Of a DNA stretch of 26,166 nucleotides, positions 1 to 8,531 are shown piece after piece (position 1 is the first letter of the stretch; each line of letters begins with the position of its first letter). Made by a program: the position numbers and the translations under genes. The stretch comes from Bdellovibrionia bacterium (GTDB taxonomy: Bacteria; Bdellovibrionota; UBA1018): assembly GCA_045805065.1 (NCBI GenBank), contig JBJMMA010000248.1, forward strand, positions 1 through 26,166, in the 5' to 3' direction. Below the pieces are notes generated by a model, which saw nothing but the letters and a program-made list of their open reading frames with translations, ran no database searches and was not told the origin of the DNA.

Positions 1-576
1 AAACTTAACGCGCTCTCTCACTGGCAGATCGATCTCATTGCTTTCCTGCTTTTGATTCAAGGCGCCGTCATCAGCATCGCACCGGAAGAAGTCGTCATTG
101 TAGCGTTGGGATTGCTTTGGGGACATGGGAAGATCACCTTTATCGAAGCAGTCATCGTAATTTTGCTCGGAATTCTTCCCGCCAATATCCTCCTTGTCCT
201 TTTCGGAGAAAAGTTTGCGAAGCGATTTGAGAAAAAACGCGCTGTGCAAATCGCATCCAACTACCTGCGTCGATATGGGGCGCTAGTCATTGTCCTCACA
301 CGTTTCACGCCGGTTGTTAAAGGTCCTGTCTACTTTTCAGTAGGAGCTCTGAGGTTCGGATTGAGCCGTTTTCTCTTAACAGATGTGCTGGCCGCTCTGG
401 TTCAAGTGCCGCTTCTTCTTCTGTTAGGAAAAACCATCGGTGAGAACAGCGAATCCATTGAACACGCGCTTAGAACCGTGGGCTGGATCGCTGGATCTCT
501 ATTGGCACTCTCCCTGGTGATCACAATCCGCCTTGAGTCGCGCCAGTATCTGGATCGCAAAAATACTTCGAGCTGA
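1..576 (+). CDS. DedA/SNARE-associated family membrane protein (5' partial)
   Basis: Frame is open from base 1 (KLNALSHWQIDLIAFLLLIQG...). Contains PEE...G and LTRFTPVVK (DedA RF.P..R-like) motifs and several hydrophobic helices. Confidence 0.85.
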   Translation, partial: KLNALSHWQIDLIAFLLLIQGAVISIAPEEVVIVALGLLWGHGKITFIEAVIVILLGILPANILLVLFGEKFAKRFEKKRAVQIASNYLRRYGALVIVLTRFTPVVKGPVYFSVGALRFGLSRFLLTDVLAALVQVPLLLLLGKTIGENSESIEHALRTVGWIAGSLLALSLVITIRLESRQYLDRKNTSS

Positions 577-579
577 CCT

Positions 580-1482
580 TCATTTGTAACTGCTCGCCTT
601 AAGCAAGGTCTCCAACCAGCTCATGAACGCTTTCACCCGTCGTGGGAGATGGCGTTGGTGCGGAAAGAGCAAATAGACCGGCATCGGCTTGGCCTGAAAT
701 CCTGACAAGACTTCGATGAGGGACTTCTGCTTGAGATGCTCTTCCAAACTTTCTTTTGGCGTCTGAATGATTCCAAGTCCAGCAACGCACGCTGCCGCGA
801 AGGCTTCAGCATTATTAACGGTAACCATCCCTTTCATGGGAACAGTTCGGTACTCCTGCCCATCATAATATTCAAAACCATCCGCCTTCTCGCCAAAGGT
901 TGAAACGTAGTGAACCATATAATGTTTTGAGAGATCAGACAGAGACTTTGGCTTGCCGTATTTCTTTAAATAAGAGGAACTCGCGCAGTTGATGATTTTC
1001 ATCTCGCCAATCTTTTTGGAAATAAGACTCGAGTCCTCTAGATCAGCAACTCGAACGACACAGTCATATCCTTCCCGCACAACATCGACTTCTCGATCCG
1101 TAGAACCTAGCTCGATTTCCACGCCCGGATGCTGTGAGAGAAACTCACTCAAATGAGGAATCACCCGAAGCCGCGCCATGCGACTAGGCATATCTACCCG
1201 CACTCGACCGACCAAGCCTGATGTCTTCTCATGAAACATGGTTCGAAGATCATCAAAATCAGCCAGCATGTCCTTGCAGCGTTCATAAAACTGGACACCA
1301 TCATGCGTTAATTGAACATTGCGCGTCGTACGGTAAAGTAAGCGGGTTCCAAGCTCGCTCTCGAGCTGCTGAATATAGGTCGATACGCTTGCCTTAGGCA
1401 GGCCAAGACTTTCGGCAGCCTTGGTAAAGCTACGCATCTCAGCAACTCGGGCGAAAATTTGCAACGACTGAAGTCGGTCCAT
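580..1482 (-). CDS. LysR-type transcriptional regulator (CrgA/DmlR-like)
   Basis: N-terminal HTH (F.RVAEMRSFTKAAESLGLPKASVS...LE.ELG.RLLYRTTR) plus substrate-binding domain ending PRRVKAF. ATG at 1482 follows a GGGGG RBS; the ORF track starts at 1494. Confidence 0.95.
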   Translation of the reverse strand: MDRLQSLQIFARVAEMRSFTKAAESLGLPKASVSTYIQQLESELGTRLLYRTTRNVQLTHDGVQFYERCKDMLADFDDLRTMFHEKTSGLVGRVRVDMPSRMARLRVIPHLSEFLSQHPGVEIELGSTDREVDVVREGYDCVVRVADLEDSSLISKKIGEMKIINCASSSYLKKYGKPKSLSDLSKHYMVHYVSTFGEKADGFEYYDGQEYRTVPMKGMVTVNNAEAFAAACVAGLGIIQTPKESLEEHLKQKSLIEVLSGFQAKPMPVYLLFPHQRHLPRRVKAFMSWLETLLKASSYK

Positions 1483-1496
1483 CGGGCCCCCCAAGG

Positions 1497-1519
1497 ATTG
1501 TTCGTCCTACGTGAACAGT
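1497..1519. promoter_or_regulatory. Putative LysR binding site in the divergent lysR/SDR promoter
   Basis: Inverted repeat ATTGTTC-N9-GAACAGT (1 mismatch) just upstream of the lysR start, the usual position of an LTTR recognition site. Confidence 0.55.
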
Positions 1520-1607
1520 ATGTCATAAAACTGGCCGATTATCCCGAGCGCTTTTTACGTTAAATTCGAATTATCAATTCAACCCGTTTTTGAAGGAGAT
1601 CTTAAGC

Positions 1608-2366
1608 ATGGAACGGAAAGTCGTTGTCATTACAGGTGCCAGCCGCGGGCTTGGCAAGAACATGGCTCTTCACCTGGCAGATCAGGGCCGGGATATCATT
1701 CTCACCTACCGCTCGAAAGAGTCTGAAGCAGCAGAGGTTGTTTCGCAGATCGAGAAAAAAGGAGGCAAGGCTCTCGCTCTTCAGCTGGATGTCAGCAAAT
1801 CATCCACTTTTGAGGGCTTTGCAGGCGCGCTACGATCCGCACTCCAAAAGAATTGGAGTCGAGATCAGTTTGATTATCTGATCAATAATGCCGGCATGGG
1901 AGTTTACGCTCCATTTGCCGAAACCACTGAGGCGCAATTTGATGAGCTTATGAACACGCATTTCAAAGGAACGTTTTTTCTGACTCAGAAGCTCCTCCCT
2001 TTGATCAAGAACGGCGGTCGCATCCTGAATGTTTCGTCCGGGCTGGCTCGCTTTGCGACTCCTGGATATTCTGCCTATGCATCCATGAAGGGCGGAATCG
2101 AGACTCTGACTCGCTATCTGGCCAAGGAGCTCGGGCCTCGCAAAATTTCAGTCAATGTTATCGCTCCCGGAGCAATTGAAACCGACTTTGGAGGGGGCGT
2201 AGTTCGAGACAACGCAGAGCTGAATAAGTTTATCGCTTCTCAGACAGCCTTAGGACGCGTCGGACTTCCGGATGACATCGGAGGCGCAGTCGCCGCTCTC
2301 TTATCCGATGATGTTCACTGGATGACCGGTCAACGCATCGAAGTCTCGGGAGGAATGTTCATCTAG
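1608..2366 (+). CDS. Short-chain dehydrogenase/reductase (classical SDR)
   Basis: TGASRGLG Rossmann motif, NNAG, catalytic YASMK, VN.IAPG. AAGGAG RBS precedes the ATG at 1608. Confidence 0.95.
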   Translation: MERKVVVITGASRGLGKNMALHLADQGRDIILTYRSKESEAAEVVSQIEKKGGKALALQLDVSKSSTFEGFAGALRSALQKNWSRDQFDYLINNAGMGVYAPFAETTEAQFDELMNTHFKGTFFLTQKLLPLIKNGGRILNVSSGLARFATPGYSAYASMKGGIETLTRYLAKELGPRKISVNVIAPGAIETDFGGGVVRDNAELNKFIASQTALGRVGLPDDIGGAVAALLSDDVHWMTGQRIEVSGGMFI

Positions 2367-2403
2367 ATTTCTGAAAACTAAAAAGTGGAAATGGATTTGC
2401 AGC

Positions 2404-2440
2404 ACCCCTCGGAAAACAGAACCATTCCGAGGGGTTTTTT
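2404..2440 (+). terminator. Intrinsic terminator after the SDR gene, overlapping the RBS of the next gene
   Basis: ACCCCTCGGAA-10 nt loop-TTCCGAGGGGT followed by TTTTT and then ATG 2441. Confidence 0.7.
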
Positions 2441-3562
2441 ATGCAGAAGCGAAAAAGACGCTTATTTGCAGGCGCTGCGAGCGCTGCAGTCATGAGCTGG
2501 CTTGCCGTAGCTTTCTTTGCGGTGCAGGCTCAAAGCCCTACTCCGCCGCCGGCTCCTGATATCGCCTCAGTGTCTGAAGAAGTGAATCAACACACTCACT
2601 CCATCACGCTATCTGACTCAGAGGTGGATGGACTGATTGCCATCACAGGCAATAATGATTCGGTCACTCTTCAATCGAGCCAAGCGTACAATGGCGACCC
2701 GAAGAATGGCTCGCTTCACTCACATCAACTCAGAATGGACAAGCAGCAGCTTCAGGTTTTGAAATCCACCGGCTCGATCGATGTCGAATGCGATGAAGCT
2801 GCGGGACATAAACATATCTTCAGATTTTACAAACCTCAGCCACAGCAGTGCACGATCATAACGTACCCGATACCTGGCACCTATGCGCCAAACTCTTGTC
2901 CTTACGGGGGTAAATGCACGTATCCGATGCCTTATCCAATGACATGTACGACTTGTCCAAAACCTTGCACGACTTGTCAGTACCCTTATCCTTATCCAAC
3001 CGTGTGCCCAACGTGTCCGCCTCCAAAGCCCTGTCCTACGTGTGGCCCACTGCCACCTCCGGGCTACACGCCAACTCCAACTCCTACTTCATCTCCCGGC
3101 GGCACAGGAACACCTTCGCCAAGTCCAAGCTTGAGTCCAAGTCCAAACCCAAGTCCTAGCCCAAGTGCTTCACCTAGCCCTAGCCCAAGCCCCAGCGCTT
3201 CGCCTAGCCCAGGTGGATCACCCAGCCCTGGAGCCAGCGGAGGCGCATCCCCGACTCCAAGCTTAAGCGCCTCGCCTAGCCCAACGACAAGCGCGGGAGC
3301 GACAGCATCGCCAACGTCAACAGCGACTGCGACATCAACTCCAACGAGCAGTCCTTCGTCTAGTTCGTCTCCCGGCGCGGCCTCACCTAGTCCGTCTCCG
3401 GTTTCGACATGCAGCATTCCGGGCACGGACTGCTATTGCGCAAATCCGCTGAACTTCAACAGCTCGGCATGTACAACGATCTGTCAGACAGCAGGATCAC
3501 CTTGTTACTGCGCTTCAAACCCACTCGATCCATCCTGCTTCAGCGGAAGAGAGAGCCGATAG
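2441..3562 (+). CDS. Secreted hypothetical protein: HxH domain, Cys/Pro/Tyr repeats, Ser/Pro/Thr linker, Cys-rich tandem C-terminus
   Basis: Signal peptide (KRKRRLF...AVQA|Q), three HxH motifs, four CxxC motifs, a long (SP)n tract and two CYC..NPL..C repeats. Confidence 0.8.
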   Translation: MQKRKRRLFAGAASAAVMSWLAVAFFAVQAQSPTPPPAPDIASVSEEVNQHTHSITLSDSEVDGLIAITGNNDSVTLQSSQAYNGDPKNGSLHSHQLRMDKQQLQVLKSTGSIDVECDEAAGHKHIFRFYKPQPQQCTIITYPIPGTYAPNSCPYGGKCTYPMPYPMTCTTCPKPCTTCQYPYPYPTVCPTCPPPKPCPTCGPLPPPGYTPTPTPTSSPGGTGTPSPSPSLSPSPNPSPSPSASPSPSPSPSASPSPGGSPSPGASGGASPTPSLSASPSPTTSAGATASPTSTATATSTPTSSPSSSSSPGAASPSPSPVSTCSIPGTDCYCANPLNFNSSACTTICQTAGSPCYCASNPLDPSCFSGRESR

Positions 3563-3586
3563 CGCATTAATACCGCGTTAAAAGGA

Positions 3587-3630
3587 ATCAGTGCCCAGGA
3601 ACATCTTCTTTGAAGATCCTGGGCACTGAT
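3587..3630 (+). terminator. Long hairpin, probable terminator of 2441..3562
   Basis: 14-bp stem ATCAGTGCCCAGGA / TCCTGGGCACTGAT with an inner TCTTC/GAAGA stem; T-tract weak (CTTT). Confidence 0.6.
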
Positions 3631-3642
3631 CTTTCGTAAAAT

Positions 3643-3704
3643 TATATGTGACCCCATATAATTTATCTGTTATTGAGTGCTCATATTATATGGGAACTCA
3701 TATA
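3643..3704. promoter_or_regulatory. Two palindromic MarR-type operators
   Basis: TATATG-N6-CATATA at 3643-3660 and 3687-3704, immediately upstream of the marR start. Confidence 0.65.
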
Positions 3705-3721
3705 TATGAGTCATAGCTATT

Positions 3722-4195
3722 ATGAATAATGGCGACATCCGAACCAGCATCATGGATTCTATTCGAAAGATCGTTCGCTCGCTCCGACTTGCGTCGAGTG
3801 CAGCAGAAAAAGATCTCGGATTGAATGCCGCGCAGCTCTTCGTGCTTCAACAACTGACCGAAGGCCAACGCTTGTCGATCAATGAGATCGCCGCCCGCAC
3901 TCATACGCATCAAAGCTCTGTTTCAGTTGTGGTTGGAAGACTGCACGATCAGGGACTCGTAAGCAGAGCCCCTTCTTCTGAAGACGGCAGGAGAATGGAA
4001 GTTTCGCTGACCACCAAAGGACGAAATCTTTGTAAAAAAGCGCCGCGCGCCGCGCAAGAAAACATGCTTGGAGCAATCAGCGCATTGACTCCTGAAGAGC
4101 AAAAGACTTTAGCCGTTTTGTTAGACAAACTCGTGCGTGGCTCGAGCTTCGATCGTGAGCCAGCCAGCCTTTTCTTTGAGGATGACAGCCCATGA
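3722..4195 (+). CDS. MarR family transcriptional regulator
   Basis: GLNAAQLFVL, wHTH S.SVVV.RL...GLVSR..S.EDGRR..V.LT.KG. Confidence 0.93.
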   Translation: MNNGDIRTSIMDSIRKIVRSLRLASSAAEKDLGLNAAQLFVLQQLTEGQRLSINEIAARTHTHQSSVSVVVGRLHDQGLVSRAPSSEDGRRMEVSLTTKGRNLCKKAPRAAQENMLGAISALTPEEQKTLAVLLDKLVRGSSFDREPASLFFEDDSP

Positions 4196-6051
4196 ATCAG
4201 CAAGCAGATCTGAAAAGCGCATCAACAACCGACGGTATCCCGCTGACCGAAGGGCTTGCGCCCGTTCTGGCTTCGGCAAACATCCGAGCGCACGCAAGCT
4301 TAGTGGACAAACGAGTCGTCCTGATCAGTGGCGTCGCCATTGGAATCGGTCTGATCTCAGGATTCGTCGCGCAGATTTTGGTGGCCTTGATCGGCTTCGT
4401 CACCAACCTCTTCTTCTACGGTCGCGTCTCCTGGGAGTTCAGCTCGCCAGCCAACAATAACCTGGGTCTCTGGGTGGTAGGAATTCCAATCATCGGTGGA
4501 ATCATTGTGGGATTCATGGCCCGCTATGGATCAAAAGCGATCCGCGGCCATGGAATTCCCGAAGCAATGGAACAGGTCCTCTTGAATGAGAGCAAGATTC
4601 CTGCTCGGATGATTTTTTTAAAGCCACTTTCTGCGGCTATTTCGATTGGAACCGGTGGCCCTTTTGGCGCGGAAGGTCCGATCATTGCGACCGGTGGTGC
4701 ACTTGGTTCGTTTTTTGGACAGATTTTAAGAACGACCGCGCACGAGCGCAAAGTGCTTCTGGCCGCAGGCGCCGCGGCCGGGATGACCGCCACCTTTGGC
4801 AGCCCTGCTTCTGCCGTGCTGCTGGCGATCGAACTTCTCTTGTTTGAATTCAGGCCGCGCTCCCTGATTCCGGTTGCGTTAGCTGCTGCAACTGCTGCTG
4901 GAGTGCGCCTGACTCTCGTGGGCTCAAACCCTGTGTTTCCAATGCCCGACATTACAAATGTTCAGGGCTCATCCATCGCGTTTTACATTCTGATGGGCGC
5001 GCTTATCGGTGTGGCCTCCGTCTATGTCACACGCCTTGTGTATTGGATTGAAGATATGTTCGAGCATCTTCCCATGCACTGGATGTGGTGGCCAGCCATT
5101 GGCGGCATCGCTGTCGGCGTCGTCGGCTATTTCCATCCGCTGACTTTGGGCGTGGGCTACACCAATATCGAGCACATTCTTTCCGGTGAACTCACTGGCA
5201 AAGTCATGCTCGTTTTCTGCGTCATGAAACTGATCTCCTGGTCCATTTCCTTGGGAAGCGGAACCTCGGGAGGAACGCTTGCTCCCTTGTTTACCATAGG
5301 GGGCGGACTGGGCGCGGCTCTTGGACTCGTGGGGGCGGCGTTACTTCCCCATCAGGGGATCGATCCAAGAGTCGCGGCCCTAGTCGGAATGGCTGCGATC
5401 TTTGCCGGCTCATCCCGAGCAATGTTGGCTTCTGTGATATTTGCCTTTGAATGCACTCGCCAACCACTGGGACTTTTGCCCCTCTTGGGTGGTTGCACGG
5501 CCTCGTATCTTGTTTCGTGCCTGATGATGCGAAACACGATCATGACCGAAAAGATCGTTCGTCGCGGCGTGGTCGTCCCATCTGAATACTCGGCCGACTT
5601 CCTGGAGCAGGTCACCGTTAAGAGTCATTGCACTAAAAATGTCGTGAGCCTGGCTGCATCCATGACCGTATCCGAGCTTCGAGAGCTGATTGAAAAAGAT
5701 CCAGCTCGTTTCTCGCACCAGGGATTTCCGATCATGAAGCGCTCAGGAGGAAATGAAACTGAACTTCTTGGCGTCATCACGAGACGAGACTTTCTCAATC
5801 CTTCGATCGATGGCGAACGCCAGCTCAGTGAGCTCATTCAACGTGCCCCAGTCGTGGTGAATGAAAACGATACGCTTCGTCACGCTGCCAACTTGATGAG
5901 TGTCACGGGCGTAGGTCGTCTTCCTGTCATGCAAGGTGGAAAACTCATCGGCATGCTCACCCGCAGCGACATTCTGAGCTCGCATCAAAGGCGATTGCGT
6001 GAAGCCTCAGCGAGCGAGCGAAGCTTTAAGATGAAGTCAAAGTCGGTGTGA
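4192..6051 (+). CDS. CLC-family chloride channel/transporter with C-terminal CBS pair
   Basis: GHGIPE, GAEGP, GAAAG and GTSGG.LAP CLC motifs; many TM helices; two CBS repeats (GFPI...GVITRRD; GRLPV...GMLTRSD). ATGA overlap with marR. Confidence 0.93.
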   Translation: MNQQADLKSASTTDGIPLTEGLAPVLASANIRAHASLVDKRVVLISGVAIGIGLISGFVAQILVALIGFVTNLFFYGRVSWEFSSPANNNLGLWVVGIPIIGGIIVGFMARYGSKAIRGHGIPEAMEQVLLNESKIPARMIFLKPLSAAISIGTGGPFGAEGPIIATGGALGSFFGQILRTTAHERKVLLAAGAAAGMTATFGSPASAVLLAIELLLFEFRPRSLIPVALAAATAAGVRLTLVGSNPVFPMPDITNVQGSSIAFYILMGALIGVASVYVTRLVYWIEDMFEHLPMHWMWWPAIGGIAVGVVGYFHPLTLGVGYTNIEHILSGELTGKVMLVFCVMKLISWSISLGSGTSGGTLAPLFTIGGGLGAALGLVGAALLPHQGIDPRVAALVGMAAIFAGSSRAMLASVIFAFECTRQPLGLLPLLGGCTASYLVSCLMMRNTIMTEKIVRRGVVVPSEYSADFLEQVTVKSHCTKNVVSLAASMTVSELRELIEKDPARFSHQGFPIMKRSGGNETELLGVITRRDFLNPSIDGERQLSELIQRAPVVVNENDTLRHAANLMSVTGVGRLPVMQGGKLIGMLTRSDILSSHQRRLREASASERSFKMKSKSV

Positions 6052-7465
6052 CCTTCAGTATGGCCTTAGGCTCTAGGTACTCTTCGAGCCCATAAACGCC
6101 ATACTCGCGTCCAATGCCGGACTGCTTAAATCCACCAAAGGGCGCGTAAGGATCATGTTCAATCCCGTTAATTGCCACGCGCCCAGCTCGGATGGCTGAG
6201 GCAACTTGCTGGGCTTTTGTTAGATTCGTCCCGCTGACGTAGGCGTGCAGTCCGTAATCGGTATCGTTGGCAATTGCGACGGCCTCTTCTTCTGACCGGT
6301 AAGTCAAAATGGAGAGTACGGGACCAAAAATTTCCTCACGCGCAATGCGCATATCATTGGTCACATCCGTAAACACCGTAGGTTTGACGTAGTTCCCTCT
6401 CTCCAAGCCTTCGGGACTTCCTGGACCCCCAATAAGCAGGGTAGCCCCCTCCTCCAAACCTAGACGTATGTAGACTTGCACTCTTTCGTACTGCTTGCGA
6501 CTCACGACTGGGCCCAGAGTATTTCGCGCCTCGCGAGGATCACCTTGTTGAACCTGTGCGACCACTGACTTCACTCGCTGTTCGATCTCACTTTTTTGAG
6601 AAAGAGGCACAAGAAGTCTCGTACCTGCAATGCAGGCCTGGCCATTGTTCATGAAACAAGCTGCGACAGCAATCGGCACCGCTTCATCAAGATTCGCATC
6701 TTCAAGAATAACAAATGGAGACTTGCCTCCAAGCTCCAAGGTCACTCTTTTCAGAGTATCAGCCGCGGTACGAGCAATGGATTTTCCAACAACGGTGGAT
6801 CCTGTGAATGATATTTTGGCGATATCGGGATTGCGAGACAGTTCTGCCCCCACTCTGTCGCCGCGACCATTTACGAGATTAAATAATCCGGAAGGAAGTC
6901 CCGCTTCATGAAAGCACTCCAGCAGAACTTGCGTTTGAATTGCACTCATTTCACTCGGCTTTACGACAACCGTATTACCGGCGGCTAATGCCATCGCGAA
7001 TTTGCTGCAGATAAATGAACTGCTTGCATTCCAAGGCGTAATGATTGCCGTAACTCCCACTGGTTCCAATGTCACTTGTGAGCGACTGACAGAGCGAACG
7101 AAGTCGAATTCGGAAAGTATGTTTTTCACATGAAGAAAGCTTTCCGCGCAGCGCTTTGCTGAAGCAGTCGCAAATTGATGGGTCCCACCATACTCTTCAA
7201 TCATTGCTCTGACATGATCATTGTGTCGCGCCTGAACTGCAGCGAAGAGTCGGTCAAGAATACGGATTCTCTCTTCCTTGGTTGTACGCGAAAAACTCTC
7301 AAAGGCCTTTTTTGCCGCAGCAATTGCTGCACGAGCATCTTCCTCATCGCCTAATACGACCTGACCGATGAGAGACTGGCTTGTGGGATCAACCAGGTCA
7401 AAGCGCTCGGTCCCGTGAGGTCTGACGAACTTTCCGTTGATATAGATTTGATCGATGGTTTTCAT
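6026..7465 (-). CDS. NAD(P)-dependent aldehyde dehydrogenase
   Basis: ITPWN, FTGST, LELGGKSP (catalytic Glu), NNGQAC (catalytic Cys), EEIFGPV, PFGGFKQSG. GGAGG RBS. Confidence 0.96.
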   Translation of the reverse strand: MKTIDQIYINGKFVRPHGTERFDLVDPTSQSLIGQVVLGDEEDARAAIAAAKKAFESFSRTTKEERIRILDRLFAAVQARHNDHVRAMIEEYGGTHQFATASAKRCAESFLHVKNILSEFDFVRSVSRSQVTLEPVGVTAIITPWNASSSFICSKFAMALAAGNTVVVKPSEMSAIQTQVLLECFHEAGLPSGLFNLVNGRGDRVGAELSRNPDIAKISFTGSTVVGKSIARTAADTLKRVTLELGGKSPFVILEDANLDEAVPIAVAACFMNNGQACIAGTRLLVPLSQKSEIEQRVKSVVAQVQQGDPREARNTLGPVVSRKQYERVQVYIRLGLEEGATLLIGGPGSPEGLERGNYVKPTVFTDVTNDMRIAREEIFGPVLSILTYRSEEEAVAIANDTDYGLHAYVSGTNLTKAQQVASAIRAGRVAINGIEHDPYAPFGGFKQSGIGREYGVYGLEEYLEPKAILKVTPTLTSS

Positions 7466-7510
7466 AATGCCTCCATACGATCATGATCGCTCGTGCAGAT
7501 TGTGTTTGCG

Positions 7511-7547
7511 ATGCCGGGACCTGCAAGAGACTTGCTCAATCCTGCAA
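7511..7547 (-). promoter_or_regulatory. Putative AraC-family binding site (direct repeats 21 bp apart) upstream of ALDH
   Basis: + strand ATGCCGGGACCTGCAA (7511-7526) and TTGCTCAATCCTGCAA (7532-7547). Confidence 0.55.
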
Positions 7548-8498
7548 GATTTCTGTGTGTCCCGAAAGCCTCAATCTCCTGATGTCTTGAATAGGAGGAG
7601 CGCCAAACAAACGCCGATACTCACGACTGAATTGCGACTGGCTCTCGTATCCCACCTGAAATGCGGCCGTGGACGCATCGACTGCGCCGGTCAGCAGTAG
7701 GCGTCTAGCCTCCTGCAAGCGAAGTTGCTTTTGATACTGCAAAGGCCCCATGTTTGTCACGGCTTTGAATTTGTGATGAAGACTCGATACGCTCATGTTG
7801 GAAGCCTTTGCAAGATTCTCAATATGCAAAGGCCGGTGGAAGTTCTCTTTCAACCAGCGCAAGGCCTTGCCAATCCCTAGATCTTGCTGGTGCTGCAGCA
7901 CATTCTGATAAATCTGAGGTCCGAACTCGCTTTTAAGCAATCGATAGATAATCTCGCGCTTGATCGCGCCAGCTAAAAACTTTGCATCCTCGGGAAGCTT
8001 GAGAAGTTTCAAGACTCGAAGCACGGCCTCCAGTGTCTCAGCATCTATTTTTCCCACAAAAGCGCCTTGCGAGGGGTTCTCAGACATGGAAAGCTGAACA
8101 CCAGCCTCTTCCGTTTCTAAAGCGATGGAGGCGATTTCCTTGGGATCAAGCTCAACCCGAATACCGAGGTATGGCGATGACTTCGATGCACCAATGACCT
8201 GGCCAGCAGCAGGAATATCGAGGGTAGAAATCAAATACTCTCCCGGGCCATAGTGAGTGATTTCGTTTCCCAAATGAACTTCTTTACGTCCCTGCGCAAT
8301 GACACAGAATGATGGCTTGAGTACACCTTGATTCAGCGAATTTGGACCGTCAAATCGAATGATGGAAAGAAACGGAATCGACGTCTCGTTTCTTCCGGTT
8401 TCTTGCGCAAGAACTCGCACGATCTTCTGGATGTCCGTGAGAACTGAGGTTAATACAGAAGATTGCTTCGACGAGCCCCTAGAACGAGCGTTTTTCAT
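7536..8498 (-). CDS. AraC family regulator, AraC_N/YqhC-like
   Basis: P.FCVIAQGRKEV.LG N-domain, REIIYRLL, and a C-terminal double HTH (MSVSSLHHKFK...PLQYQKQLRLQEAR...VGYESQSQFSREYRRLFG.PP). Confidence 0.94.
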   Translation of the reverse strand: MKNARSRGSSKQSSVLTSVLTDIQKIVRVLAQETGRNETSIPFLSIIRFDGPNSLNQGVLKPSFCVIAQGRKEVHLGNEITHYGPGEYLISTLDIPAAGQVIGASKSSPYLGIRVELDPKEIASIALETEEAGVQLSMSENPSQGAFVGKIDAETLEAVLRVLKLLKLPEDAKFLAGAIKREIIYRLLKSEFGPQIYQNVLQHQQDLGIGKALRWLKENFHRPLHIENLAKASNMSVSSLHHKFKAVTNMGPLQYQKQLRLQEARRLLLTGAVDASTAAFQVGYESQSQFSREYRRLFGAPPIQDIRRLRLSGHTEILQD

Positions 8499-8531
8499 GC
8501 TCAGATTTTACTACAAACTGCAAAGAACGAG

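Noticed and set aside
3064..3426. Gly/Leu-rich antisense ORF (also 22571..23251 and 20271..20480)
   Set aside because: Reverse-complement mirror of Ser/Pro linkers and repeats, which lack stops on the other strand.
4192..6051. Fluoride exporter CLC-F with a fluoride riboswitch
   Set aside because: Lacks the GNNLI/GREGT CLC-F signatures; the upstream region shows MarR-like operators and no crcB-type aptamer that I can recognise.
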